Assembly: GCA_965208675.1 (NCBI GenBank)
Contig: OZ242351.1
Location: 2,816,001 to 2,880,000 of the forward strand
Length of the DNA stretch: 64,000 nucleotides
Direction of reading: 5' to 3'
DNA from: Candidatus Poribacteria bacterium
GTDB lineage: Bacteria > Poribacteria > WGA-4E > PCPOR2b
Position numbers and translations under genes: made by a program
Shown here: piece by piece, positions 1 to 8,836 of the stretch
Layout: each line of letters begins with the position of its first letter
Position numbering within the stretch: position 1 is the first letter of the stretch
The notes under the pieces: generated by a model
Told to the model about the DNA's origin: nothing
The model's database searches: none
Seen by the model: the letters and a program-made list of their open reading frames with translations, nothing else

Positions 1-1
1 T

Positions 2-415
2 GACCTAGAAAGGTTGTTCCAAGGCTGCGTGGTTAATACAGCCACCGCTTTTGTAGATCGCCGAGTTTTCGAAAAACATAGTTTGTTTGACCATCGCTAT
101 AAATTAGCAAATGACCACGAGTTTCTGCTACGGGTATTTTTGGCAGGCGTGGAATTCGAATACATCCCAAGAAATATAACCTTCATGCGTGATGGCGGGA
201 TGAGCCAGAAGAATTATATTCGGGCTAGTCGCGAACGCTTTAACTTGTCCGTCTATTACGGTTACGCGGTTCCAAAAGCCCTTTTTGTATTTCTAGCTAC
301 GTTCCTTAAAAAGGCAGTTGAACGTCGAATTGCGAAGTGGTGTCCCTTCTTGCTAAAACCGTACTGTAGTTTTAAGTTCTTGTCACTAAAGAGTAGCATG
401 TGGCACGGCAATTGA
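2..415 (+). CDS. Glycosyltransferase family 2, C-terminal part (5' end outside window)
   Basis: Frame open from position 2. 'FD.RYKLA.D.EFLLR' and 'MRDGGMS' are typical of WfgS-like GT2 C-termini. Lies in a glycan cluster. Confidence 0.75.
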   Translation, partial: DLERLFQGCVVNTATAFVDRRVFEKHSLFDHRYKLANDHEFLLRVFLAGVEFEYIPRNITFMRDGGMSQKNYIRASRERFNLSVYYGYAVPKALFVFLATFLKKAVERRIAKWCPFLLKPYCSFKFLSLKSSMWHGN

Positions 416-468
416 GAACTAAAACTATTTTGTAAAGTTTCAATCCCCACTGAAAAGGGCGCCGATTA

Positions 469-1404
469 ATGACGCACGTTTTGGTAACTGGAGGCGCCGG
501 TTACATTGGTACCATTCTTTGCGAACACCTTCTAGCTGAAGGTTACCGCGTGAGCGTCCTCGACAACCTGATGTACCGTCATGGTAGCCTCTTCCACCTC
601 TGTGTCCATAAAGCCTTCGATTTCGTTAAGGGAGATGTACGAGATGAAGAGTTCATGCGCCGTCTTATGAAGGACGCCGATGTGCTCATCCCACTTGCAG
701 CGGTTGTCGGGGCGCCCACCTGCGACCGCGATCCATGGTTGGCACAGTCAGTGAATCTGGAGGCGGTGCGGACGCTTAATCGACTCAGATCTTCCCAGCA
801 GTTGGTTATCTTTCCTACGACGAACAGCGGCTACGGGACGCAGTCCGGCGAGACATATTGTACAGAAGACACACCGCTGCAGCCGATTTCGCTCTACGGT
901 CAGACAAAGGTGCAGGCGGAGATGGAGATACTCGACAGCCCCAACAGTATTACATTGCGTCTTGCAACGGTGTTCGGTATGTCGTCCCGTATGCGTCTGG
1001 ACTTGCTGGTGAACCATTTCGTCTATGCAGCGGTCACGGACGGCTATATCGTCATCTTTGAAAAGGATTTCAAGCGCAACTATCTCCACGTCCGTGACGC
1101 GGCGGATTGTTTTATTCACTGCATTAAGAATGCGGAGTTGATAGTGGGACGCCCATACAACGTGGGATTAGATAATGCCAATCTATCGAAGATGGAACTG
1201 GCGTTGAAGATTAAGGAACACGTACCGAAATTCTATCTTCACTTCTCGGAAATTGGCAGCGACCCGGACAAACGAAACTACATCGTTTCCAACCAGCGGT
1301 TGCGTGATGCCGGATTTGAGGCGCGGCGCTCACTGGACGATGGGATAGAAGAGTTGCTGAAAGGGTATCGCATGTTGGGGCGGGCGCCTTTCAAAAATGT
1401 CTAA
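469..1404 (+). CDS. NAD-dependent sugar-nucleotide oxidoreductase, Cj1427/WcaG-like (GDP-heptose C4 dehydrogenase family)
   Basis: TGGAGYIG and YGQTK SDR motifs. 'IPLAAVVGAP.C', 'TNSGYG', 'RLATVFG.S.RMRLDLLVN' and 'DPDKR.Y.VSN' match the Campylobacter Cj1427 family as I recall it. Confidence 0.8.
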   Translation: MTHVLVTGGAGYIGTILCEHLLAEGYRVSVLDNLMYRHGSLFHLCVHKAFDFVKGDVRDEEFMRRLMKDADVLIPLAAVVGAPTCDRDPWLAQSVNLEAVRTLNRLRSSQQLVIFPTTNSGYGTQSGETYCTEDTPLQPISLYGQTKVQAEMEILDSPNSITLRLATVFGMSSRMRLDLLVNHFVYAAVTDGYIVIFEKDFKRNYLHVRDAADCFIHCIKNAELIVGRPYNVGLDNANLSKMELALKIKEHVPKFYLHFSEIGSDPDKRNYIVSNQRLRDAGFEARRSLDDGIEELLKGYRMLGRAPFKNV

Positions 1405-1471
1405 AAGGGAGAGATTCCCCTCTGACAAGCTTACGATTACCCACACGTCCAGAAATTCGCACGGAGCCACG

Positions 1472-1526
1472 CTGTGGGAGGGAAATCCTTCTCCCGATTA
1501 TCGAGGCAGGGATGCCTCTCCCACAG
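1472..1526. repeat. 55-bp REP-doublet-like element, copy 1
   Basis: Terminal inverted repeat CTGTGGGAG...CTCCCACAG with two internal hairpins. A copy of the same length lies at 7195-7249. Confidence 0.75.
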
Positions 1527-1631
1527 TAAGGACGCCTTGTCGGTTCTATCATAATCATTCCCCTCCTTACCAAGGAGGATCAACTGACCGAATAGGGAAG
1601 GCGATAGTTTTTATAGTTATTCCTAGTTCGT

Positions 1632-1667
1632 GTAGGTTGGGTTGAGCAGGCGAGCGTAACCCAACCT
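1632..1667 (+). repeat. GTAG-type REP hairpin
   Basis: Starts with GTAG and contains the inverted repeat AGGTTGGGTT / AACCCAACCT. Confidence 0.65.
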
Positions 1668-1721
1668 TCGCGGATTCTTAAGAATATCTAAAAGAAACGA
1701 GAATTAAGGGACAGACAGCCG

Positions 1722-2774
1722 ATGATTATCAGCAGAACCCCGTTTCGAATCTCTTTTTTCGGCGGCGGGACGGACTATCCGGCGTGGTATCTCCAACACG
1801 GCGGTGCGGTGCTCGCCACCACAATTGACAAATACTGCTATCTCACATGTCGATACCTCCCCCCGTTCTTCGAGCATCGTATCCGAATTGTCTACTCCCA
1901 AATCGAAAATTGCCAGAACGTGGACGAGATTCGCCACCCCGCCGTCCGCGAAGGCTTACGGCATGTGAACCTCGATTGTGGGGTAGAGATTCACCATGAT
2001 GGAGATTTGCCTGCACGAAGCGGGATGGGGTCGAGTTCCGCGTTCACGGTCGGGCTTCTGCATGCGCTGTACGCCCTCAAAGGGCAGATGCTTGGCAAGT
2101 ACCAACTGGCGAAAGAAAGTATCTACATTGAGCAGGAACAACTCAATGAAGCAGTTGGGTGTCAGGATCAGCTGCTCGCCGCTTATGGTGGGTTAAACCA
2201 TATCTCTTTTTTTCAAAATGGAAAATTCTCTATCGTGCCAATCACCGTTCGTCCAGAGCGTATACAGGATCTAAATTCCCATCTCATGCTGTTCTACACC
2301 GGCGTCAAGCGAACGGCTTCGGATATCGCCCGCAGTTACGATTTAGAGGGTAAACAACAGCAGTTGTGCATCATGAGGGATTTGGTGGAAGAGGGAATTC
2401 TAATTCTGAACAGTGAATCGGACATTACTGCATTTGGAGAATTGTTGCACGAAGCTTGGCAGGTCAAGCGCACATTGAGTCCAAAGGTCTCCAATTCACG
2501 TGTGGATGAACTTTACAATCGTGCACGTTCAGTGGGTGCTATCGGCGGCAAGCTGACGGGTGCTGGCGGCGGCGGATTCATGCTGCTTTTTGTGCCCCCC
2601 GACGGACAAGAAAAGGTAAAGGAGGCGTTTAGCAAACTAATCCATGTGCCGTTTCGATTTGAATCGTCAGGCAGCCAGATTATCTTTTTTAATCCCGAAG
2701 AGAATTATGCCGCTGAAGCGCAAGCGCGCGCCACTCAGCCGATTCAACCTTTTCAAGAGTTAGCTCACCTTTAG
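1722..2774 (+). CDS. hddA: GHMP kinase, D-glycero-alpha-D-manno-heptose-7-phosphate kinase-like
   Basis: 'RTPFRISFFGGGTD', 'LPARSGMGSS' and 'GGKLTGAGGGGF' motifs. Confidence 0.8.
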   Translation: MIISRTPFRISFFGGGTDYPAWYLQHGGAVLATTIDKYCYLTCRYLPPFFEHRIRIVYSQIENCQNVDEIRHPAVREGLRHVNLDCGVEIHHDGDLPARSGMGSSSAFTVGLLHALYALKGQMLGKYQLAKESIYIEQEQLNEAVGCQDQLLAAYGGLNHISFFQNGKFSIVPITVRPERIQDLNSHLMLFYTGVKRTASDIARSYDLEGKQQQLCIMRDLVEEGILILNSESDITAFGELLHEAWQVKRTLSPKVSNSRVDELYNRARSVGAIGGKLTGAGGGGFMLLFVPPDGQEKVKEAFSKLIHVPFRFESSGSQIIFFNPEENYAAEAQARATQPIQPFQELAHL

Positions 2775-2846
2775 AAGGAGGGGACGGATGGCGGTGTAAA
2801 CATCCCGCAGTCTTCCACACATTGTAGGTGGTAAAGGAGAGATTTC

Positions 2847-3854
2847 ATGGGTCAAGTTCGGACCGTTCGCCGTGTCCTGATTACCGGAGTTAGAGGTTCT
2901 GGCGGCAGCTACTTGGCGGAGTATATTGCCGCCAATCACGCAGATATTGAAGTCCACGGCATCTCCCGTTGGCACAGCACCACAACCGATCACCTCTCAG
3001 CCATTAGTGACCGCGTGACCCTCCATGAAGCCGACCTGTTGGATTTCAGTTCGGTTCTGGCGGTGCTGCAGGATTCTCAAGCGGATGCCATCTTTCACCT
3101 AGCGGCGCACGCTAATGTCCGCGCCTCATTTATCACACCAAACACCGTATTGAGCAACAATGTACTGGGCACCAGCAATCTTTTGGAAGCGGTGAGGATG
3201 GCGCGGCTCGATCCTATTATTCAGTTGTGCAGTAGTTCAGAGGTATACGGTGTAGTGGATTCTACGGCCGTGCCAATCACGGAAGATGCGCCGTTGCGGC
3301 CGGCGAGTCCTTATGCGGTTTCGAAGGTGGCTCAAGATCTGCTGGGCTGGACCTATTTTACCAGTTACGACATGCGCATCATACGCACGCGTATGTTTAC
3401 CTATCTGAATCCGAGGCGCACCGACTTGTTTGCGACTGCTTTTGCAAAACAGGTCGCGTGGATTGAACGCGGACTACAGAAGGAACTGGTGCATGGCAAC
3501 CTGAATTCGGTCCGCACCATCGTTGATGTGCGGGATGCCATGCGGGCATATTGGGAATCAATTCTGCACTGCAAACCCGGCGAAGTCTACAACATTGGGG
3601 GCGCCACTTCTATGACAGTTGGCGAGTTTCTGGAACGTCTAGTTGTTTTGAGTGACGTGCCGATTCCAAGACGCTGCGCAGCGCACCTACTTCGACCGGC
3701 AGATGTGACGCTTCAAATCCCCTGCGTTGATAAATTCGTGGAGGCGACCGGTTGGCAGCCGGTACACACTTTTGAGGAAAGCCTTGCGGGTTTGCTTGCG
3801 TATTGGCGGCGGGAAGCGGACAAGGTTGTGCACCAAGCTTCAGTAATGGGATAA
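2847..3854 (+). CDS. GDP-sugar 4,6-dehydratase, DmhA/DdahA (GDP-heptose)-like
   Basis: 'GSYLAE', 'CSSSEVYG', 'PASPYAVSK', 'TRMFT..PRR', 'FAKQVA.IE', 'GNLNSVRT..DVRDA.RAY' and 'LRPAD'. Confidence 0.8.
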   Translation: MGQVRTVRRVLITGVRGSGGSYLAEYIAANHADIEVHGISRWHSTTTDHLSAISDRVTLHEADLLDFSSVLAVLQDSQADAIFHLAAHANVRASFITPNTVLSNNVLGTSNLLEAVRMARLDPIIQLCSSSEVYGVVDSTAVPITEDAPLRPASPYAVSKVAQDLLGWTYFTSYDMRIIRTRMFTYLNPRRTDLFATAFAKQVAWIERGLQKELVHGNLNSVRTIVDVRDAMRAYWESILHCKPGEVYNIGGATSMTVGEFLERLVVLSDVPIPRRCAAHLLRPADVTLQIPCVDKFVEATGWQPVHTFEESLAGLLAYWRREADKVVHQASVMG

Positions 3855-3897
3855 CGGTAGGTATATCAACAATCAGGAAGCGGACGAAGAAAAGACC

Positions 3898-4839
3898 ATG
3901 GTTGAGAATTTTTATCGTGCGTTATATCGGATTCGACGGGTAGAGGAAGAGATCGCTAGAATCTACCCTATCGACAAAATCAAAAGTCCCATACACCTAT
4001 CAATTGGTCAAGAGGCGGTATCTGTCGGGGTTTGCGAGGCGCTGCAACCGAGCGACGTTGTTTTCGGCACTTACAGAAGCCATGCGCTCTACTTGGCGAA
4101 GGGCGGGGATTTGAAGAAAATGATTGCCGAATTGTACGGCAAGGTTACGGGCTGTGCAAGAGGAAAAGGGGGTTCGATGCACCTAATTCACACCGCCGCT
4201 GGGTTCATGGGCACTTCCGCCGTTGTGGGAACAACTATCCCGCTGGCGGTCGGGTATGCCTATGCTTTGAAACTAGATGGTAAAGACAGCATCGTAGCTA
4301 GTTTTTTCGGGGATGGCGCGGTTGAAGAAGGGGTTTTCCATGAGAGTCTGAACTTTGCAGGACTCAAGAGCGTCCCTGTCCTCTTCATCTGCGAAAACAA
4401 CGGCTATGCTATCAATTCGCATCAGTCCAAGCGCCAGCCGATGGACAACATCTGCGATCGTGCGCGCGTATATGGGATGCCCGCGGAACGAATTGAGGAT
4501 AGTGATGTTTTCGAGATTTACGAACGGGTGAAGCGCGCGAGCGACGAGATTCGGAATGGAAGGCAAGGCCCCAGATTCTTCGAGTGTATGACATATCGGT
4601 GGAGGGAACACGTGGGACCTAATGAAGACTTCGATGCAGGCTACCGCTCCAGAAGCGAGGCGGAACCCTGGTTCGAGAGTGACCCGCTCAAAACCATCGG
4701 CGCGGGCTTGGATCCCGGCACGCGCGGACAAATTGAAGCGGATGTGCTAGCGGAAATCAATGAAGCATTTAAGTTTGCTGAACACAGTCCATTTCCCGAT
4801 GACGGCGAACTTTACGCCGATGTGTTCGCGGAGGCTTAG
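3898..4839 (+). CDS. ThDP-dependent dehydrogenase E1 alpha-like subunit
   Basis: 'HLSIGQEA', 'GKGGSMH' and the GDG...ENN ThDP-binding motif. Confidence 0.9.
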   Translation: MVENFYRALYRIRRVEEEIARIYPIDKIKSPIHLSIGQEAVSVGVCEALQPSDVVFGTYRSHALYLAKGGDLKKMIAELYGKVTGCARGKGGSMHLIHTAAGFMGTSAVVGTTIPLAVGYAYALKLDGKDSIVASFFGDGAVEEGVFHESLNFAGLKSVPVLFICENNGYAINSHQSKRQPMDNICDRARVYGMPAERIEDSDVFEIYERVKRASDEIRNGRQGPRFFECMTYRWREHVGPNEDFDAGYRSRSEAEPWFESDPLKTIGAGLDPGTRGQIEADVLAEINEAFKFAEHSPFPDDGELYADVFAEA

Positions 4840-4840
4840 T

Positions 4841-5908
4841 ATGGAGCGTGTGTTGACTTACGCCGAAGCGATTCGCGAGGCGACTGAAAACGAAATGGCG
4901 CGAGATTCGTCGGTCATGGTGTTTGGCATCGGCGTCGACGATTTCAAGGGGATTTACGGTACCACAACGGGGCTGGTTGAAAAATTCGGAACTGACCGTG
5001 TTGTAGATACGCCGATTTCCGAGGACGCTATGACGGGGGTTGCCATCGGCGCCGCGCTCGCCGGATTGCGTCCGATTCACGTTCATATCCGCATGGACTT
5101 TCTCCTTTTAGCCATGAATCAACTGGTGAACATCGCCGCCAAAAGCCGATATATGTACGGCGGTGCGGTCTGTGTGCCCATCGTTGTTCGTGCCATTATT
5201 GGAAGAAGTTGGGGGCAAGGGGCACAGCACTCTCAAGGACTTCACTCATTCTTTATGCACGTTCCGGGCATTAAAGTAGTAGCGCCCAGCACACCCTACG
5301 ACGCGAAAGGTTGCTTGATTCAAAGTATCCGGGACGATAATCCGGTGGTGTTTGTGGAGCACCGCCTGATTTACTATCAGAAGGGACACGTACCAGAGGT
5401 GGACTACACTATTCCCTTCGGTCAAGCGCGGGTGCTGGCGGAAGGGCGTGACATTACACTCGTCGGTATTTCGCATATGGCTGTGGAGTGCATAGGTGCT
5501 GAGCGATACCTCCATGACATGGGCCTCTGCGCTGAAGTCATTGACCCGGTGTCATTAAGCCCCCTGGACATAGATACGATTATCGCCTCTGTTGAAAAAA
5601 CCGGGAAACTCCTCGTTGTTGACACTGCCTGGACAACCTGCGGTGCCAGCGCGGAAATTATAGTGCAGGTCACAGAACAGCTAGGCAATGCGAAAACGGA
5701 ATGCCGCCGGATGGGGTTTGCGCCTGTGACTTGTCCAACCACAAAAAATCTGGAGAATCACTTTTACCCGGACGCAAAGAAGATAGCAACTGCGGCGTAC
5801 CGTTTGGTTAACGGCAATGGCGCATCTCGGGTTTTCGATAGAGCGACCGATATTTCAAGTCCAAGTGAGACTTCGGCAGAATCCTTCGAATTCAGGGGAC
5901 CATTCTAA
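4841..5908 (+). CDS. ThDP-dependent dehydrogenase E1 beta-like subunit
   Basis: 'DTPISE', 'GAQHSQ', 'DNPVVFVEH'. Start reassigned to the ATG at 4841, just after the alpha stop. Confidence 0.9.
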   Translation: MERVLTYAEAIREATENEMARDSSVMVFGIGVDDFKGIYGTTTGLVEKFGTDRVVDTPISEDAMTGVAIGAALAGLRPIHVHIRMDFLLLAMNQLVNIAAKSRYMYGGAVCVPIVVRAIIGRSWGQGAQHSQGLHSFFMHVPGIKVVAPSTPYDAKGCLIQSIRDDNPVVFVEHRLIYYQKGHVPEVDYTIPFGQARVLAEGRDITLVGISHMAVECIGAERYLHDMGLCAEVIDPVSLSPLDIDTIIASVEKTGKLLVVDTAWTTCGASAEIIVQVTEQLGNAKTECRRMGFAPVTCPTTKNLENHFYPDAKKIATAAYRLVNGNGASRVFDRATDISSPSETSAESFEFRGPF

Positions 5909-7083
5909 TGGGAAGACAATACAAGCTTGCCGAGCAGACAATCGACGAGGAAGACCTCCTGGACCTTATCGCGTGGTTAAAGACTAACCCTTGGTTGACT
6001 CAGGGTGAACTGGTACGCGCATTCGAGCGTCAATGGGCTGAATGGCTTAGTGCCAGATACGCAACCTTTGTCAATTCCGGTTCTTCAGCCAATCTTCTGA
6101 TGTACGATTCCCTCTTGCTGTCAGAGAAGTTGCGCAACAAAAAGATTGTTCTCCCCGCCGTCAGTTGGTCAACCTCCGTTGCGCCAGCCATTCAACTCGG
6201 CTTTGAGCCGATTTTATGCGAAGCGGACGAAAATACCTTTGGGCTGGATTTGGACTGTCTAGAAAGATTATTGAAATCGCATGAACCGGGGGCGGTCCTC
6301 ATTGTTCACACACTCGGTGTGCCGAACGACATGGAACCGCTTCTCGCGCTCAAAGATCGGTACGGGTTTATCCTGATGGAGGATGCTTGCGCAGCCATTG
6401 GATCGTGTTATGACAATCAACCTGTTGGAACCTTTGGGGAGATTAGCACCTTCTCTTTCTATTACGGTCACCACCTGTCTACAATAGAAGGCGGGATGAT
6501 TTGCACAAACGATGAAACACTCCACGACATTTTGGTTCAGATTCGGAGCCACGGTTGGGCGAAGGATCTTCCCTTTAAGAAAGCGGAAGACAAAGCAAGT
6601 GAGAACAATATTATTGCATTCAATCGCCCCTTCACCTTCTACTATCCGGGTTTCAACCTGCGGTCAACGGATTTGAACGCGCGAATCGGTTTGTCGCAAA
6701 TGAAGAAGATAGATTACGTTGTGAAGCGGCGAATCGAGAATCACAACATCTACCAGTCGCGGTTTCAAGACGCTACAGATTTTCATTGCCAGCGAAATGA
6801 CCGTGCGTCCATCTGCAGTATTGCCTTCGTGGCTCTGGCTCAATCGCAAGGGCAACGGGAAAGAATTGCCCAACTCCTTAGAGAAAACCAAATTGAGACG
6901 CGGCCGCTGGGTGGAGGCAACATGTCACGCCAGCCCTTTTGGGCGAATAGGTATGGAAGCACCGCTTTTCCGGTCGCCGACCGAATACACGAGACTGCTT
7001 TTCAACTGCCAAATCATCCACAGTTAAGCCCAGAAGATATCCATTTCATATGCGACACCGTGCTTTCGGTTACAACGGCATAA
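5908..7083 (+). CDS. DegT/DnrJ-family PLP enzyme, ColD/E1-type 3-dehydratase-like
   Basis: 'VNSGSSANLL', 'EDAC' and 'SFYYGHHLSTIEGG', with His at the usual Schiff-base Lys position. Confidence 0.8.
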   Translation: MGRQYKLAEQTIDEEDLLDLIAWLKTNPWLTQGELVRAFERQWAEWLSARYATFVNSGSSANLLMYDSLLLSEKLRNKKIVLPAVSWSTSVAPAIQLGFEPILCEADENTFGLDLDCLERLLKSHEPGAVLIVHTLGVPNDMEPLLALKDRYGFILMEDACAAIGSCYDNQPVGTFGEISTFSFYYGHHLSTIEGGMICTNDETLHDILVQIRSHGWAKDLPFKKAEDKASENNIIAFNRPFTFYYPGFNLRSTDLNARIGLSQMKKIDYVVKRRIENHNIYQSRFQDATDFHCQRNDRASICSIAFVALAQSQGQRERIAQLLRENQIETRPLGGGNMSRQPFWANRYGSTAFPVADRIHETAFQLPNHPQLSPEDIHFICDTVLSVTTA

Positions 7084-7194
7084 CACACTTACCACAGGAT
7101 ATGAGGTAGGTAAGAATATCACCAATTTTGCGATGATGCCCGTTCGACAGAATATTGCAGCATCAGAAAAGTTTAGAAATGTTATATTATTTCA

Positions 7195-7249
7195 CTGTGG
7201 GAGGGACATCCCTGTCCCGATAATCGGGGCTAGGAAACCCCTCCCACAG
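7195..7249. repeat. 55-bp REP-doublet-like element, copy 2
   Basis: CTGTGGGAGGGA...TCCCGAT.ATCG...CTCCCACAG, homologous to 1472-1526. Confidence 0.75.
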
Positions 7250-7298
7250 ACATAATCGTTATTTATCTGACGGTGTATTATATAGCAAGGACAAAATA

Positions 7299-8822
7299 GT
7301 GAAGGATCGAACTATCACAAAGAAAAAGCAGATTGATTTAGTGCTGGTGAATCCGGGGAACCCACGAAAAATCTATCAATCCCTTTCGTCCACTTTATCT
7401 GCCGTTGAACCCCCAGTTTGGGCGGGGTTGTTGGCAACTTTCGTCCGCAACCGCGGGTTTTCCGTTGCCATCGTTGATGCCAACGCGGAAAACCTAACGC
7501 CTGAAGAGACCGCCGAACGAGTCGCCGAGATGCGTCCGGTGTTGACGGCAGTCGTTGTCTATGGACACCAACCTTCTGCCTCGACTCAGAACATGACCGC
7601 CGCGGGGGAGATATGCGCCGCAGTCAAACAGCGGTCGCCAGCACTCAAAGTGCTTCTGGTTGGCGGCCATGCTGCCGCCCTGCCCAAACACACCCTGCAA
7701 GAGGAAACCGTCGATTTTGTTTGCGGTGGGGATGGGCCCTTCACTGTCTTAGAACTCCTGCAAATACTCAAATCCACACGGAGGGACTATCACATAGTCC
7801 GAGGGATTTGGTATCGGGACAGTAAACGTACAATCAAATCAACACAAGCTGCGCCGTTGGTCAAAGACCTCGACCGTGAAATGCCGTCAATGGCGTGGGA
7901 CCTTCTACCTATGGAGAAATACCGCGCCCACAACTGGCACTGCTTTGGCGGATTGGACCGAAAACCGTATGCAGCCATCTATACAACATTGGGCTGTCCG
8001 TATCGTTGCAGTTTCTGCTGCATTCAAGCCCCGTTCAAGAGCGGAGAACAAGCGTTGGGATACAAATCCCGCGTAAACAGTTACCGGTTCTGGCACCCGG
8101 ATTCCGTCATCGCCCAGATTGACACACTTGTTAAAGATTACGGGGTACGGAACATCAAGATTGCCGATGAAATGTTCGTGCTCAACCCCAGGCATGTGAT
8201 GGCAATCTGCAACCGGATTATCGAACGCGGGTATGACCTGAACATTTGGGCATACGCCCGAGTGGATACGGTGAAGGCGGAGATGGTGGATATGTTGAAG
8301 CGTGCCGGTTTCAACTGGCTTGCGTTCGGTATAGAGGCTGCCAGCGAGCGCGTGCGGGATGAAGTGCAGAAAAGGTTTAATCAACAGGACATATACCAGA
8401 CCCTCGAAGCGGTTAGGGACGCAGGTATCAACGTCATCGGGAATTATATCTTTGGCTTGCCCGAAGACAATCTGGAATCGATGCAAGCAACTCTAGACCT
8501 CGCCCTCGAACTCAATTGCGAGTTCGCCAACTTTTACTGCGCCATGGCATATCCGGGATCCCAACTCTACAGTCAAGCTTTAGACGCGGGGTGGCAGTTG
8601 CCGGCAGAATGGAGCGGTTATTCTCAACACGCCCAAAATACCCTGCCGCTGCCGACGAAGTATCTGTCTGCGTCAGAGGTTTTGCGCTTCCGAGACCACG
8701 CTTTTCAAGCGTATTTCAACAGTTCAAGGTATCTGGAAATGATTGCCGAAAAGTTTGGTACAGAGACTACGAGTCACATTCAGGAGATGGCGAGTCATAA
8801 GCTAGTGCGGCAGTATGCGTAG
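7299..8822 (+). CDS. Cobalamin-binding radical SAM protein (class B methyltransferase-like)
   Basis: N-terminal B12-binding domain ('LVGGH'), CPYRCSFC triad, 'FGIEAAS', 'YIFGLP' and 'YPGS'. Confidence 0.88.
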   Translation: MKDRTITKKKQIDLVLVNPGNPRKIYQSLSSTLSAVEPPVWAGLLATFVRNRGFSVAIVDANAENLTPEETAERVAEMRPVLTAVVVYGHQPSASTQNMTAAGEICAAVKQRSPALKVLLVGGHAAALPKHTLQEETVDFVCGGDGPFTVLELLQILKSTRRDYHIVRGIWYRDSKRTIKSTQAAPLVKDLDREMPSMAWDLLPMEKYRAHNWHCFGGLDRKPYAAIYTTLGCPYRCSFCCIQAPFKSGEQALGYKSRVNSYRFWHPDSVIAQIDTLVKDYGVRNIKIADEMFVLNPRHVMAICNRIIERGYDLNIWAYARVDTVKAEMVDMLKRAGFNWLAFGIEAASERVRDEVQKRFNQQDIYQTLEAVRDAGINVIGNYIFGLPEDNLESMQATLDLALELNCEFANFYCAMAYPGSQLYSQALDAGWQLPAEWSGYSQHAQNTLPLPTKYLSASEVLRFRDHAFQAYFNSSRYLEMIAEKFGTETTSHIQEMASHKLVRQYA

Positions 8823-8836
8823 ATACAGGTGCACGG

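Noticed and set aside
401-415. Sigma-54-like TGGCACGGCAATTGA
   Set aside because: The -12 element reads TTGA rather than TTGC, and it lies inside the GT2 coding end.
3898-5908. Central-metabolism pyruvate/acetoin dehydrogenase
   Set aside because: No E2/E3 is nearby and the pair is translationally coupled to sugar-modifying genes, so a glycan role is more likely.
7176-7193. Zur-like GAAATGTTATATTATTTC
   Set aside because: Only one half matches well, and the downstream radical SAM/flippase genes are not plausible Zur targets.
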